Source of the DNA: Tubiluchus corallicola
Taxonomy: Eukaryota > Animalia > Priapulida
Reading direction: 5' to 3'
NCBI GenBank assembly: GCA_030141605.1
Contig: JAQGDQ010000372.1
Coordinates: 62,001-126,000, forward strand
DNA length: 64,000 nucleotides
In this document: positions 1 to 32,349 of the stretch, piece by piece
Numbering within the stretch: position 1 is the first letter of the stretch
Layout of the letters: each line of letters starts with the position of its first letter
Position numbers and translations under genes: made by a program
Notes under the pieces: generated by a model
Seen by the model: only the letters and a program-made list of their open reading frames with translations
Databases searched by the model: none
Told to the model about the DNA's origin: nothing

Positions 1-2
1 CA

Positions 3-340
3 CAGCAACTCAAACATACATATAACATTGAAAAAAATAAACTATGCGAGTTACTGTGAGGAGGGGGAAGGAGCATTGAGCTTTCAAGTCCTCCTCCAGA
101 TAAGTGAAACAATTGACAATTAACATTACATTTTCATCAGTTATAACGTACATTAGAACAAAATAAGTTTTGTTAGTAACTTAAGATCAGGATGAGTAAA
201 ATTGTGAGTTAATTATACAGTTGCAGTAGGTAATTCTTTGATGCTTTTTTAAATTGATAAAGATTAAGAGTTTTTATTTCACACGGAATTGATGACCATA
301 TTTTAATAGCATTATATTTTGATGACTGTTTCATTATATC
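3..340 (-). mobile_element. 5'-truncated LINE 3' end (same family as 17870-18525)
   Basis: Near-identical to 17870-18217. Encodes the ORF2 C-terminus (IMKQSSKYNAIKIWSSIP...FKKASKNYLL). The 3' UTR has a gaggagg...cctcctc stem-loop. Confidence 0.8.
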
Positions 341-364
341 ATCTAACAAAAGATATGAACTCAC

Positions 365-3300
365 TACTCCACCAAGTTCGCTGATGAAGCTTATTGCATC
401 GGGAACTGTCATATACGGTGTTTGGTCACGAGTTCCATCTTCCCAGAATTCCTCGTGCATGTTAGTTTTGTAATTCCAGCTAGTGATTAGGGGGCGTACT
501 CCAGCTGGATGAATGTGACGTGGATTCACATAAAGAAATCCACAACTTTTTCCAGTGTACATCCATTTATGAATGGAACCTGCATAATTACAACAGTATT
601 AATTGCCTATACATTACATAGACATAGACATTTTTATTTACACATTTTTATTTACACATTTATTTATCTCCACATTTACACCTGTATACAAATTGACTAA
701 TTATTTTTTTTAGTTATTGATTAAAAAGGATAAATCAAGCATAAAGGAAAGAGTTAAGGGGGGTACAGGAGAAAGGGTAGTGAAAGACCAATTGGTCATC
801 GAGTCAGCTACTCTTCTCAGGTTAGTGAAAATTGTAAAAAAATCTGTGGTGCTGCTGTTAACATGAATTTATGGGGGGATACATTAAGCATGAAAGTGAA
901 ATAACTAAATAAACTATGCAACAAAGAAATAAAATGAAAAATATGAAATGATGATTAACAAAATATGTAAGGCATTTAACTAACCGATTAAAACAAAAAA
1001 CTAGAAAAAAGTCAAACCAAAAAAAAAAACATAAATAATAAATCAGTGAAAGAAACAAAATATGTAGTAATAAACTCAAGCAAAATATAATGAAGCAAAG
1101 ATATGCAATCGTGTCAAATTAAGCGTAATGATAAAATACTATGCAACGCAAGAACTAGTGCAGAAAACTAGTTACTAGTGACTAGTTACAGACTTTAACA
1201 AAAGTTAAGAGTGTAAAACAAATCTTTCCCAGAAGAAACTATAGTGCAAGTTTAATGCAGTGCTTACTGAATGATGACATAACAAAACAATGCGGAACTT
1301 AGAAAGATATGGTGCTAAGTTTTATATATCGCAATTTCAGAATTAACTCACATTGAAAATTTTTTAAAATATGATTTAAATGCGTGTATGTCAACTACTT
1401 ACTCGTATAAAAATCAACATCTAATGCATCTAAATTCAGTTCTAATTGTCCGGGGGCATGAGCACCATCTATGACAACAAGTATGTTCCGCTTGTGGCAT
1501 AAATTGATGATTTCTTCTATAGGCATCACAACAGCGGTTGGACTCGTAATATGATCTGTCAAAAAAAGAAAATTGTTGCACTTTAGCAACATAGTACATG
1601 TTGAGCTCAGGAAAATAGAAACTACTTATAGAAAACAAGCAAAAGAAAAACAGTAAAATTAAAAAAAGGTTATTGTAACTGCAATATGCATAATGACACT
1701 TATTTATTGGAAGGTGCTGCCCTCTACGAGCAGTGTAGAGGGGAAAAGACAGGAGGGAAACAATGATGGTCGCGTTTTTATTCACAGCAATGTTTTTTGT
1801 CGTTATTGTGTTATAGTTAATAACAGCATTTAGTTATAACCAAATTTGTACCTTGAGAAATTTTAAATCTTGACGAAGAGCCAACGATGTAAGTTACATG
1901 AATTTAAATAATTTAATTAAGTTTATGAATTCGATCTCTGAAATTTGAGAAAGTACCTTTAGCAATAAGTTGACTTCTTCGTAATTACTAAGCTTCTGTT
2001 TATCATTTTATTTATTTTCTTACTTGTTAATGTTCTCTTTATTATTCTCTTTAGAATAAACGACTTTGGAACATGAATGAAATAGTGAAGGCTTTCTGTA
2101 CATAACAGTTATCAAAATTATTTTAAACGCAATTATACTTACAAATAAGCAATTATGAAACAAAACAATGCAAAAAAACAATGAAAAATAATGAAGAATA
2201 TTCAGCATATGTTTAAAGACAGCTATGAATGTTTGATCAGTGCAGTACAAGGAGTGCCAAAACACATAAGTACATCAAGAACTGAATTTCGATAATACAT
2301 TAAATCGCAAGTACAATAATAACAGGCACCATAACAAACACATCATACCTTATGATTTTACACGTCTTGCACATATTGCCACAGAACATTCTTATACTCT
2401 ATAACAAATATGATGCTAAGAAGTTTAAGCAAACTATGGAAAGATCGAGGAACGTTCTACTGCCATGTTACTCATCTCTTTTCCTTCTAGAATATTCAAC
2501 AGCATGTGCAACATGAAAATTAGCGAAAAGGCACTTACGAACAAAGGTGCCAAATTTCGGAGAAGCTGGTACTACGGCAAAGGATGGTACAAATCTGAAG
2601 GACAACTTTGATATTAAGGTGCATCTAAACACAGCTTAGAAGCAACATAGCGAGAAATATCATACAACACACTACGTTTCTTTGCCTCAACAGACTGCAC
2701 CGTCAGAGTTAGAAGTGTGTCAAGGTCTCTTTACCCTAGCAGATTCAACCGAAAGTCTCTTAACTTCATCAGAACCAAGTGGGGCATCCTGAGTATCACG
2801 CAATTCATCATTCGTTACAGAAATAGATGAACCACTCACTTCACTAATATTAGAACGAACTACATAGTCAGGTTTTACCAATAACCATAACCACTTGGAA
2901 CGGAAGTGGTGCTGACAAGCCACTGGCGTAGCAGTGTCTAGTTTTTTTTGCTGGATTACTGCTGCGTTTACTTGTCTGAAGGCAGATTTCTTTGCTTTTA
3001 GAATTCTGCCTGCCCAATGTCTACAATAGACGTGACGGGCGTATGATGATGAATAACCATAATCTTTCCATTAGATATTTTAACAAATTCAGAATTTTTA
3101 CGTCTTTCCCTCAGCTCTTTGACAAGCTTAACATTCTATGCAAACATAGATAACAAACTAAGGAAAGATTGAAGACATGTTACTTGTCACTCTTCCTTCT
3201 AGATTGCATTACAGCGAGTGCAGCACAAAAATTAACAAAACGACACTTACGAACACAGGTGCCAAATTTTGGAGAAGCTGGTACTACGGCAAAGGATCGC

Positions 3301-6300
3301 ACATACCTGCAAGCACAACTTTGATATTAGGATGTGCATCTAAAAACTTCACGTATTCTTCCAGAATATCCTCCTTACTAAGAATTGGGAATTTTATTTC
3401 TAGGAACAGTGCTTCAATTCCTGCAATTAAACGATCGATGATAAGACGTCACATGCTTTTCCTTTGTTATACTGCAAATGTCAACATGCCTTTGTTCATA
3501 CCAAGTGGTAAAATACGAGAGCTCCACATCCCCGGAGGCATGACAAGAACACAATACATGGATCTGTTTGTTCCACCGCATATGATTTCTGCCCATAAAA
3601 TGTATGTGCATCCATAAGTAACTCAGGCAGGGTGTCATTCAATACAGTTTCACCTATCATTGTGCCATATTTTGTAAAATTCAACACTGTCACTAAGTGA
3701 GGACTTTAATTATGAAAAATAAGTTTAATTTGGTTTAACTCTTTCATACCCGTTGTATCCCCTGGGGTACGAGAATATTTTCTGCCTTTAAAATTAATTA
3801 AATTTTAAAACTGACAGTTATTTGATCTGTTAATAGTTATTTTGATTTAAGCCAATAACAATAGACTAAAAATGGTGATAAAATGGCAAAAACTAGAAAA
3901 TCTACATAGTATAAAAAACTGAGCAAGGTACAGTAGTTTAGAGACGACTTTGTACAGATCAGCATAGCATGCACACTAAATACTTAAATACTGCAAAATG
4001 AAGTACATTTTATGCTTCCATTGAATCCCAATGTATCCTGTGGGATACAGGCTATATTTAGCACGCGGGCACAGGTAGAAAAAAATAATTATTATGTGTA
4101 AACAAGATGGACATACTGAACAAAAGTACCAAATCAAAAAAAAAAAATTCTTATTAAAAAATAATTTGGGACAGAAAGGGTTAAGTTTGTTTCCCACAGT
4201 CTTACCTACTAATAATGAATTTAACACCAAAGTTTATCATTTACAATAAAATTAAGAAAAACATAATAAACAATTAAACAGCCATGTCTTTGTTATTTAG
4301 TTTAAATGTGATTACAGTTTCATTACTGATTCTGCAAGGCCTTTAGCTGTTCGAAACTATGGCTTGTATAAGCAAACTCAAAATGAAACAGAAGAGAATT
4401 AAAAAAGATAAACAAAAAGATATGATGCAAAGTACTGTTGAAAATCTGAAGTTAATACTAAGAGTAAAGGTATATAATGCACTGCATGAATTAAATGTTT
4501 AAACTAACTTTGTGAGAAATAAAGCTATATAATCATGCTCTTCGAAATAACGTCAGGTGGACACAAAAACGTTTACTGCTAATTCAAGATTATGAGCTGC
4601 TTTATGTTTTTGACTAGCAGTATTACATTTTATAGAATTCTCTATATAGCAATGCATGTTGGCCTAGTATACATAATGCAGCAGTAATCTTACAGCAAAC
4701 TCCTTTAAAATTTGAATATGATGCCTGTCAATTGTACCTAATCTTATTTACCCCAATCAGGCACAGTGATGAAGCAGTATGGGTTAAAATCTCTAGCGGT
4801 TTTCACCCAGTACATTCGTTAAAATAGCAACGTTAACGATAACAATATGTATCGATACGAAAAATTTGTCTTTATCGATATCGTATCGATAATATTCTGG
4901 GAATATCGCTGTCTTATCGAATTTGGCAATTATTAATTGTTTATCACTTACCTATATAAAATCACGTCACTTTTGCGTAAAGAAATGGATAAAAAGAATT
5001 ATTCAAAATTACAAACTTGTCAGATGTCGAAACCATTTTCTTGTACTTTCGCCTGGCACTAACGGCTATCTTCACACTAACAAAGTATAGTGACCCTTTA
5101 TATACTTTGATACTGACGCGCAGATACCAAATACACTGTACAGTATTTTTAGCATCTATTTCCCAGTCATGTGCAGCTCGGATAAATATTTTTATCACAT
5201 TAATATGTTTAGCTGTTGCAGCTTACTTATTTATAAATCCTTATGACAAACAAACTTTTGTTTCATAACTAGCAAAATTTTAAGTCTGAATGCACTGATG
5301 TACTTAATAATTTGATTATTAATGATGCTTCTTTTGTTATTGCATAAATTGCCCAACTTCAGTATTGTTTTTATCATTCGAAATCATATTATCGTATCAT
5401 ATCGCATCTTCCAAAAAATAGTTTATCGTTACCTCAACGTTGGAAAGAAGTATCGTATGGTATCATTATCGTATTGCCGAATTTGCATCATTTAACATCC
5501 CTACGTTAAAGTGCGATTAAAAAGTCGCTCTGGGAAACAACAACTACACGCTATTTAAAGAAATAGTAAGCCAAAAAAGCTTACTAAGTCTTCAGTAAAA
5601 TCTTCAATAAGACTGTAAACAATCAGTAAAACCACATCCCTCTTACAGTCTGCAAGCCATGCAAATTTTTATAGCTGTACCAGTATGTCACTATCCCATA
5701 CATTCTGCAATACAAATTAATGGGATATTCTTATTTTTGTGAATTAATAATTTGAATACCATTTACCAGGTCTAATTCTAGCTGTCTCCTCTAGGGTAAA
5801 CTGCATTGCCCCGTAAGTCAAGCTTGAGCCAGCAATGGCATCTCCAGGTTGCAAATCAATGATAGACTTCATCACAGTATTGATGCCTAGTTATGAAAAG
5901 AACTGACTATGTACAAGATTGTTCCTCTTACAACTTGAAACAAAACGGTTTTTCTTAAGATGTACATTTCATTTATTTAAAAGTAACACGAAATGATGTG
6001 ATGAGGAAATGATGAGTGCATAATGTGCGCTCGTTTAGCAAAGACCAGTGACCACGTTTCATTACTAAATTGAAAAGTAAATAGCGAAAAACTGAAAAAT
6101 AATCTCAATCAATCAATTTAAATGCAGCTGAAAGGTCAGTTATTGATCAGTCAAATGATCAGTGAATTGTACAATAACATATCTTCTGAACACATCAAAT
6201 AAAGCTACTATGCTATCAATACTCAACAACCAACTGCAAGCAGGTAGCAACCAAACAACCTAATCTTTTACAATGCAGTCGTCAACCAACTAACTAACTA

Positions 6301-7894
6301 ACTAACTAACTAACCAAACAGTGGCAGCTTGTAGCTAAAATTAGTGGGGGTGCTGCTTCGGAAATTTTTTAGCCATTGTTTTAATGCTGTGTAAAACGAA
6401 ACAAACATACGTAATTTTAAACAAACAGACATATGAAAGTTTATACATAAAATTGATAAAATCCTAAACAAAAATTTTTTTCGCTTACTAATAGCCTAAA
6501 AAACTGTCGCAATTCAAGTCTGATCTATTCACAGTAAACATGTGACAAACTGACAATAAACTGTGTGAGCGACAGTACTTTCTCTTCCTGGGATCAGACA
6601 TGTGCGCATGGCCGTGTTGCTGGAGTGCACTGTGCTGGGCTGTGAAGCAAACAGTATTACCCTCATGTGCTCTGATTCCGTACAACGATAAAGAAAGAAC
6701 TAAAGAAAGAGACTTAATACAGTGAATATTATATAATATTAAGTGAAAACAGGTGGTGCTGCAGTTCCACAGTACCTATGCACGAGCCACCACTGTAACC
6801 AAAAAAGAAGACACATCAGAAAAAATATAACCAAAGAATTAATCAAATCAACCAACTAATCAATGTGAATTGCAATACCTGTTGTTGTGTTGGGCACAAA
6901 CACAAGATTTTCTGATTTTGTTCCTACAAACTCGGCTAAATGCTCCAAAGCCTCTTTCCAAAGACCTAGAGATCTGTGCCACATAAAGTGCGAAGGCCAT
7001 CGATGCATTTCATCCTGCAACCTGCAAAAATTGCGAAATTCGCAAACCTTAGGAAAATTATTATTAATTAGATTTAGATCTAATTAAACAACATCTAATT
7101 GAATCATGTAGTCACAGCAGATAAAGGAACATTTCAATCGAGAGCTACACTGAGAAAAAGAAAAAGAAAGAGTGAAATACCCACAAGTTGAAAATTATTA
7201 CACTAGAAAAAAAAGATGACTTTGAATTTTGTCCAGGAAGCGAAATTCAAAGTCATCTTTTTCTCTAGTGTAATAATTTTCAATTTGTGGGTATTTCTCT
7301 CTTTCCTTTTCTTTTTCTCAGTGTAGCTCTGGAAAGAGTGAAATACTCACAAATTGAAAATGATTACACTAGAAAGAAAGATGACTTTGAATTTTGTCTG
7401 GGATCACTTAATTCTTATCAGCAGAATAATTTTGCAGCCATAATAACTGACAATCTCACCTCTATTGTTGTGAACCAAAGAAAAAATTCAGTAATTCGTT
7501 TCTAATGTAAACAGGAAAGTAAACACATACATCAAGTTTACATACCCCCTCCCCCCCATTCTTAATCTCAGCGTCTTGTTGACTCATTTTGCACGAATTT
7601 TATAGTAATTTGTTGTTTTGAAGCAAAGATATTGTTTTTTTTAAGTTAGGAGGCATATGCCTGTATGAATTGTAAGGTGGTTAATACTGTACATAGCAAC
7701 ACACTTGGTTTAGTTACCTCCTTTGGCAGTCTAACACTCGAAGTGGAGTAGCCCCAAAAGCGCCATGGTTACAAAATGTGATGGATTTATCCATTGGGAA
7801 CAAATGTCTCAACTGCGACCCAAAATGCAGGTTTGAAATGTTGCTTTTTTTCTCTGCATCGCCGTAACTGAAGCGCAAATGGCTGTCTGGCACA
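365..7894 (-). CDS. PLP-dependent class-V aminotransferase / C-S lyase (Egt2 / L-cysteine desulfhydrase / isopenicillin-N-epimerase-like); 3' part continues beyond position 1, first exon unresolved
   Basis: Phase-consistent GT-AG exons 7894-7718 (FGSQLRHLFPMDKSITFCNHGAFGATP), 7021-6879 (LAEFVGTKSENLVFVPNTTTG), 5886-5767 (INTVMKS...LTYGAM), 3420-3307, 1555-1403 (DHITSPTAVVMPIEE...VVIDGAHAPGQ...DVDFYT) and 579-365 (SSIHKWMY with the PLP lysine, ...GTRD). A possible upstream exon at 9157-9137 (MMGAAAK) does not match in phase. Confidence 0.88.
2431..2630 (-). pseudogene. Degenerate local duplicate of the lyase exon 3420-3307 3' end plus adjacent intron
   Basis: Aligns by eye to 3155-3346 (cacttacgaacaaaggtgccaaatttcggagaagctggtactacggcaaagga...caactttgatatta...gtgcatctaaa). 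The copied donor site is destroyed. Confidence 0.75.
6319..6795. mobile_element. Non-autonomous hAT-type MITE
   Basis: Termini cagtggcagctt / gagccaccactg with a perfect 8-bp TSD taaccaaa on both sides. Confidence 0.8.
7141..7402. repeat. Fold-back: ~88-bp inverted repeat followed by a third, direct partial copy
   Basis: Arm 7141-7229 pairs with 7243-7330 around a ~13-nt loop. 7333-7402 repeats the first arm directly. Confidence 0.85.
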
Positions 7895-10800
7895 CTAAAT
7901 CAACAAAATTACCAAATAAACAATTTAGCAGTAATAAACAAGCACCAGGCACTCACAGATTTATAGTACATCAAAAAGTGTGTCAATAAACTACTATAAT
8001 GTTCTCCGCAAAGCAGAGATAAATTGGATACTTTGAATATTGTGCCATTGATATATTGATTTACAAAGACACTGGATTGGACAGAGGCAAATAAAATAAT
8101 ACGATTGGTACCAGTAGCAGCAACTAAATACTTATAAAATTCATACAGTGACTATAGCGAAGGTTGGACATTAACTAACTTTTTTAAGGATTAGTGTTAA
8201 GTTAATTATAATATGAAAATGAAAAAATATGAAGTGTAAAAGGCTTTCCGACTTTGAAACTCAATCAACAGTAATTAGAAATTCTGGCGCTCTCCTGCAA
8301 CATGACACGAGATGACAAAATAGCATATAAAGGATTTATTTTCATGATGTTAACATGAAAGAAAATTAACATACTGTTAATTAATTAGTTGGATTCATTT
8401 ATTTTTATATTAGATCGTGCCAATGGTAGTGCATGCACTATTTTGACGTGGGAATGCACTAGTGCAAACTGTCGATTAAAAACTGCTGGTTAAGCTCATA
8501 GCTGCATGCAAGTTTGTGGAGATTGTGGAGATGGACAAGACACTACAGAGTGTTTGTTTTCAGGTAAGATACATGACAAAATCAAAGCTAGTTATGCAAC
8601 AGGAGTTTCAGTTGATATTACAAGTGATGTAGCAGCGAAAGCCTCTTGAAAGCATCAAGGTTTGTACAAGGCTGTTTGGTACAGAAAAATTATGACAGGC
8701 GGGGATATGAATGAAGCTAGTAGGACGGATAACTAACATTTAAATGATGCACAATTTAAGTGTTTAAAATATTATCATTTTCCATACAAGTGGAGAGTGG
8801 TACAAGATATTCCAGTAAGTTATGATCAAGTTGTTCAGACACAGACCTTTTTAATCTTTTGACGTGGTTTCTGATATAGAATTTGTACGGACCAGTTTAA
8901 ACACACAAAAAGGGACATAATTGGGAAAGTTATAGGTAGACGATAACGAACAATAAGTCACTAATACTACTAGACTATAACAATAACGGATAGCAAAACT
9001 GCTGCACAACCCATTAAATAATTGTATAATTTTTTGTACTTAACAGGCAATAAACCCAAATTCACAGTTTTTTAAATGAATGTTGCAAGTTTTTTTGCGG
9101 CATGAATGTTGAGATGATGTAGTAAAAGTTTCTCACCTTTGCCGCTGCCCCCATCATTTTGACATTTATTATAACTTTAAATTTTGGTAGCCGTTGTGTA
9201 AGGCACCAAAAACTAAGTTATATCATACACCCAATCTCTAAACTACTTTTTTGTGGCGCTTACAATTACACTTTAACTACAATGATTATAACGATTTCAT
9301 ACATTATATATACTATATATACATAGAGCAAAAATAAAATATACAGGCATCTGAAAGTATCATGCCGTAAAAAACTCAGTGTTTGCAGACTTGTTTCTCA
9401 TGAATCCAATCTAGATTTCGTTCTTCAATACTATAGCATTAACATACGTTTGGCATATGAATGGCCCCTTTAAACTGATTAACTATATAACATTTGTTCT
9501 TTAATTTTTACCGTACTTTTTAGTAGGAGCTGACATCTTTTTGGTATTACTTTAGCAATGGAACCATAGATCTCAGGCGCACCAGCCGATTAGTGACAAA
9601 TATCAAAAAGCGCATCTTTTTAATAAAACTTAATGCGACTGTGTAATCGATAATCATTGTGGTCATCATTATTGTTGTACAGTATTTACTAGTCCTTATG
9701 GCATATATGAGATTGCGATACTAACTAATTTTTCTCTACCCTTTTAATGTACATGTATGCTGTATATCACAGATTCATTAAAAATTGGAAACAAAGTGCT
9801 TGATATAGTTGTCCATGTTGTTTAAAGTTCCTAAAATAGTATTAACGATGCGCATTTTTATTAACTACATTAGCTTTTACACTAATGCTAATGATTTCTC
9901 AAAAGTTTAATAACACATGCACACATGTATTTCTAAATCTCTGATCATCATGTGAATTTTGGCTTATAATTGTCTTGCCCAATTCTGGAAGTCTAGGAAT
10001 AATATTGATGAACCTGTCTATTTCCTGATTGGCATGCTTCGCGATGCCTTCATAGAATGACTGGAAATTCAAGAACTGGATCAAAACCATACATTCATTT
10101 CAGACTCTTGGAAAAACTGGCAATTATAGTCTGTCTGAATAAAGAGGTCCAAGCGATTGAGGTTGTGATATGTTAGACAGACAGATTCAATGACAGCGGG
10201 TCCATGATTTTGATTACTATAATTTTTTGAAAATTTTATTCTAGATCAGGTAAATAGAATTTTATTGAAGGTAATGTCTAAAATTAATTTTGATTCTATT
10301 CAAACTAAACTTCTGGCATTAAAGAAATTCACCACCTGAAGAAATTACATGCATTTCTGTCTAAATACAATGTCAAGTGCTGACTTTGATGGCCACTTGT
10401 CAAAACATGGGATGAGCAACATAGATATTTATATTATTATGTAATCACATAGTAACATTATCACCCAATTTGAGCATATTTTACCAGAAAGGCAAAAATT
10501 CGAATATATTCGAACTGGAATCCAACCGAATTTCAGGATTTCGAATCCGAATTCAGTTTAAAAATTTCTGCATAAATTTTTGAAACATTAATAAAAAGCA
10601 GTTTCGTAAAGTTCATGGATATTGTTCAATTTTTTAAAAATTGTGCACAGAAATCACAGCTAAATTGTGCTAATTGCATGCTGTTTCAATCGCTTTAATG
10701 ATTAAAAGGTTTGATGTTAAGCAGATGAATTATTAGAATTTATAACTTTCGGTTTGTTTGGAATTCGAATTAAAAAATTTGTTCGAATCAAATTTCTTGC

Positions 10801-12322
10801 GTGTAAAAGTGTCGTTGGTTATGAAAATTCCCCTGCGAAAGTGATTTATCCGGTGCGTTTCGAATTGTGGAAATGATGCAAAAAACGTCATCATAACATT
10901 TCAGTTGCCAAGCAAAACAAAATGTCTTTGTCAAATTGTGATGTCTAAAGCTAAAGAAATAACTAATTTTATTATTTAAATGTGTTTATAGTGTAGGAAT
11001 CATTTGAACTATGTAAGTTTTATAAAATTTTGCCGAAAGCGTAAGATCATATTAATTACTGGAATTGCTATAACTGTGTCTAAAAGTGAAAAGTGAATCC
11101 GTTTGGCCAATCCTACTCAGTACTTGGTACTGCACTTCGTGCAGCACGTTATTTAATTTAGTAGATATATATTAATTATATTATTAGTCCTCGTTTAGTG
11201 CTATGCACTGAGAGTGTGATGGTACTCCGTGAAATCATTTTTGTGATGTGAAGTCTGCCTAAGACCATGTCATTATCTAAAATACAAAGCCACTAATGCA
11301 AAATCACAGTAACTGTGGTGGTTTAGTAAAAATAAACTCTATTTACTAAAACAGTACTGTAATTCTTACAGCAGCACACTTATCAGCTTAAGATATTAAT
11401 TAGGAAATTTCTGGCAAATTTATTCACTATTGCAGAAATTCTACCAGCTTTACAGGCTAATTTACATACACATCTATTCAATGTAATATTTTTCCCAATT
11501 AACAATTAATCTGTTAAATTGGCCAATTAAAGGGATGTCTCCACTCATTAACCCTTCCATATGAATTAAGATAGAGTCTGATGACTTAAAAAATGTAAGT
11601 GGATCAATTAGTGATGGTCCAGCATGGGTTTTAAATTATCGACTAGTAGTATATAGCTTTTGTACTCGTTTCCAATAAAGCATCCAGTACAGCATGCAAT
11701 ATTTTCTTGAACACTTGAAATTCACCATTTCAATGCATTATCAGCCTCTTTTCGCTGTTGACAAAAAGAGTTATATCCCCGTCGGTTTCAGTACTACCCA
11801 GTGTACCTCTTCATGACTGTAATTGTTCATGCTGCACTGACAATTGGAGCAAAAAGTATATCAGATTTAGAATGACAAATTGTGAAATTATGAATTTATT
11901 GTGAAATTTTCTGCTTATTATGCGCATTTTCAACTAAATAATAAGCACACATGTGATTTAGCTGCAGTTTGAAACGCATTTAATGCAAGTTTGTGGTTTG
12001 ACATTATGAGCAACGTGGCTATTAGTATCTTTTACTCATGCAGTCATGCTAATGAATAAGCATAACACTCACAAATGGCATGTTTTTTTTCTCAAAAAGT
12101 TGATCTTAATATGGGATTTTTGTTATACTGTAGAACACGATTATTGTGCTTGTTTTATTCTTCGGCAGTGTGGCTGCTTACTGTGTGTGATTTTGACTCA
12201 TCATCAATTGAAAAGCAATCAGCATTCAATTCCCTCTGTGACCACAATGCAGGATTGGTGCTATAAGCGCTTGATCTTAGATGTTTGGTGTGAGAATAAT
12301 AAGTAAGTGTGAATAGTACACA

Positions 12323-12427
12323 TAATAATAATAATGATAATAATAATAATAATAGTAGTAGTAGTGGTAGTGGTAGTGGTAGTGGTAGTGGCAGCGCAGC
12401 AGCAGCAGCAGTAGCAGCAGTAGCAGT

Positions 12428-12491
<64 letters not shown>
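12323..12491. repeat. Compound microsatellite (AAT)n-(AGT/GGT)n-(GCA)n-(AAT)n
   Basis: Directly visible; it explains the low-complexity ORFs here. Confidence 0.95.
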
Positions 12492-12494
<3 letters not shown>

Positions 12495-14402
12495 TCTTTA
12501 TTGTTGTAATATTGTACATCAGAACTGGTAAACCAGACATTCCATAAAGTGGTATTATTGCTATACATCAGCATAGGAAACTGTTGTTAGCAATAGTGTT
12601 ATTAGAGTAAAATAAAATTACATTTAAGATAAAAAGACAAGTGAAATTTTAATTACAATATTGCATCTCAGAAACTCACATTAAATATAATCAGCTGCAC
12701 ACAATACACATTAAACACAGTACATATTAAATGCAAGCACACATGCAAATACAATGCACATTTACATAACATTTACCTATAGTGAGCGCAATACATTTAC
12801 AAAATTTACAGTAGAATTTTATGCAAAGTATGTGTTTTTTTGTGTATGCGTGACAGATTTTATTGAAGTTATGATGAGCGGTACATTTTGGCTTGCTATA
12901 AAGTACAGACTGTTCGTCAGGGGAAGACAAAAAATAATAATTTTCTTGGCTTAATTCTTTTTGTACACTGATCAATTAGTTCAACAAATTTTAGTTCAAC
13001 ATTAGTATAAACGAGTGTGGTATTTTTTGTTCTTTTCTAAACTCTTTTAGTTCTAGTTGTTCTATATAAACTTCTAATCGTGAAAATTGTTATTAATGAG
13101 ATAATTATTAATGTTTGTGGTTTTCTCAGTTTATTCTGCATCAGCTTATCTTGCATTATTCAGTGAACTTGCTCTTTTAATGTACTATCAGACTTCTTTA
13201 ATATAGTAGTTTAAACAACATAAGCTAATTGCCTCAGGTAAACTGTGAACAACAATTAAGAGGTCTGCCAAATACTAGACGTTCAATTTTAACATACATT
13301 TATGCACTAGTAGCATTTGACAATCTTTTGTAACAGCTTGAAATCTTTAATTGAAAAAATAGGAGGCTAATTACCTTGGGACAGACAGTGTCTTTACCAA
13401 TTTGAAGGCTCAACTCATGTTATCTACCTAGCTGGGAGAGATTTTTTCGCTGGCAGATTTGTTTGAGTTTTTTGGCTTGGAGAAACTGATAAATGCTGAC
13501 TGTTTCTAATCTTTCCAGACACTAATCGTCTACACAACTATTACTCAAGTATAATGTTTGACTGCTATAATGTTTGTATACCCCTGTTAGACCAGTTAGA
13601 CTTCTGTCTGAATTTTAGTTTCAGAAAACATGTGTGGTTGGAGAAAATAAAAAAATAATAATATTACACAGTTGACCTTCACTCTCACTGTATATTTCAA
13701 TGTATTTTCTGTCCATAACATTAGGCATAAATGTTTGGGAGCCGCTTTTGTTGCGCAACTTAGGTGAAAGAAGGGGGAGGACAAAGTGAGAGCTAATTGG
13801 CTGTCGCGAGGACCTCCCTGGTTGATTGACATTTTGCGATCTGTGTATTGACAGACTTGATGATTTCAAGCTTTGATATTATCACTACATTAACGTGTGG
13901 TTTTATAAAGCTGCCTTCACCTTATAAATGAGATGAGTTCTGTTAACCCAGTACAGCTCCAAATTTTCTGCACAGTTTCTTACAGAAAGTGCTATTGTGT
14001 ATCTAAATAAGTGTGGTTGTGGGTATGTGACAATGAAAAATGATTAAACTGAGCTTTTTCACACATATTTCTGTAATGCTTTTCATTGTAAAAATGAAAA
14101 TATTTTCCATCTTAGGTCATTTTGTATGTTGTAAAACTGAATATTGTTTTCCTTAAAATATTGCCAATAAAATCTTAAAACCCTTTATTTAGTGATTCAG
14201 TCTTTAGAACAATGTTTACATGTATATAGTTCATATTCTTATTTCGTGTATCAGTATTAGTTGACATCATTATTTTTGGTTCGTGTAAACGTAATTACCT
14301 CATCAAATGGTCATTTTGTTTTTGATTGTTTTAGAAAATCAGAATCTTCGGTTGAGTGCTAGAAGTTGTTCCGACTAAGCTATATCAATGACGATTTCCA
14401 GT

Positions 14403-32349
<17,947 letters not shown>

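Noticed and set aside
209-562. 117-aa ORF as a standalone gene
   Set aside because: It is a chimera of a lyase exon (579-365) read through its donor into a LINE fragment.
9137-9165. ATG TCA AAA TGA… as a selenocysteine/read-through first exon of the lyase
   Set aside because: It would fix the phase mismatch, but no SECIS or homology evidence is visible. An unidentified exon or different acceptor is more parsimonious.
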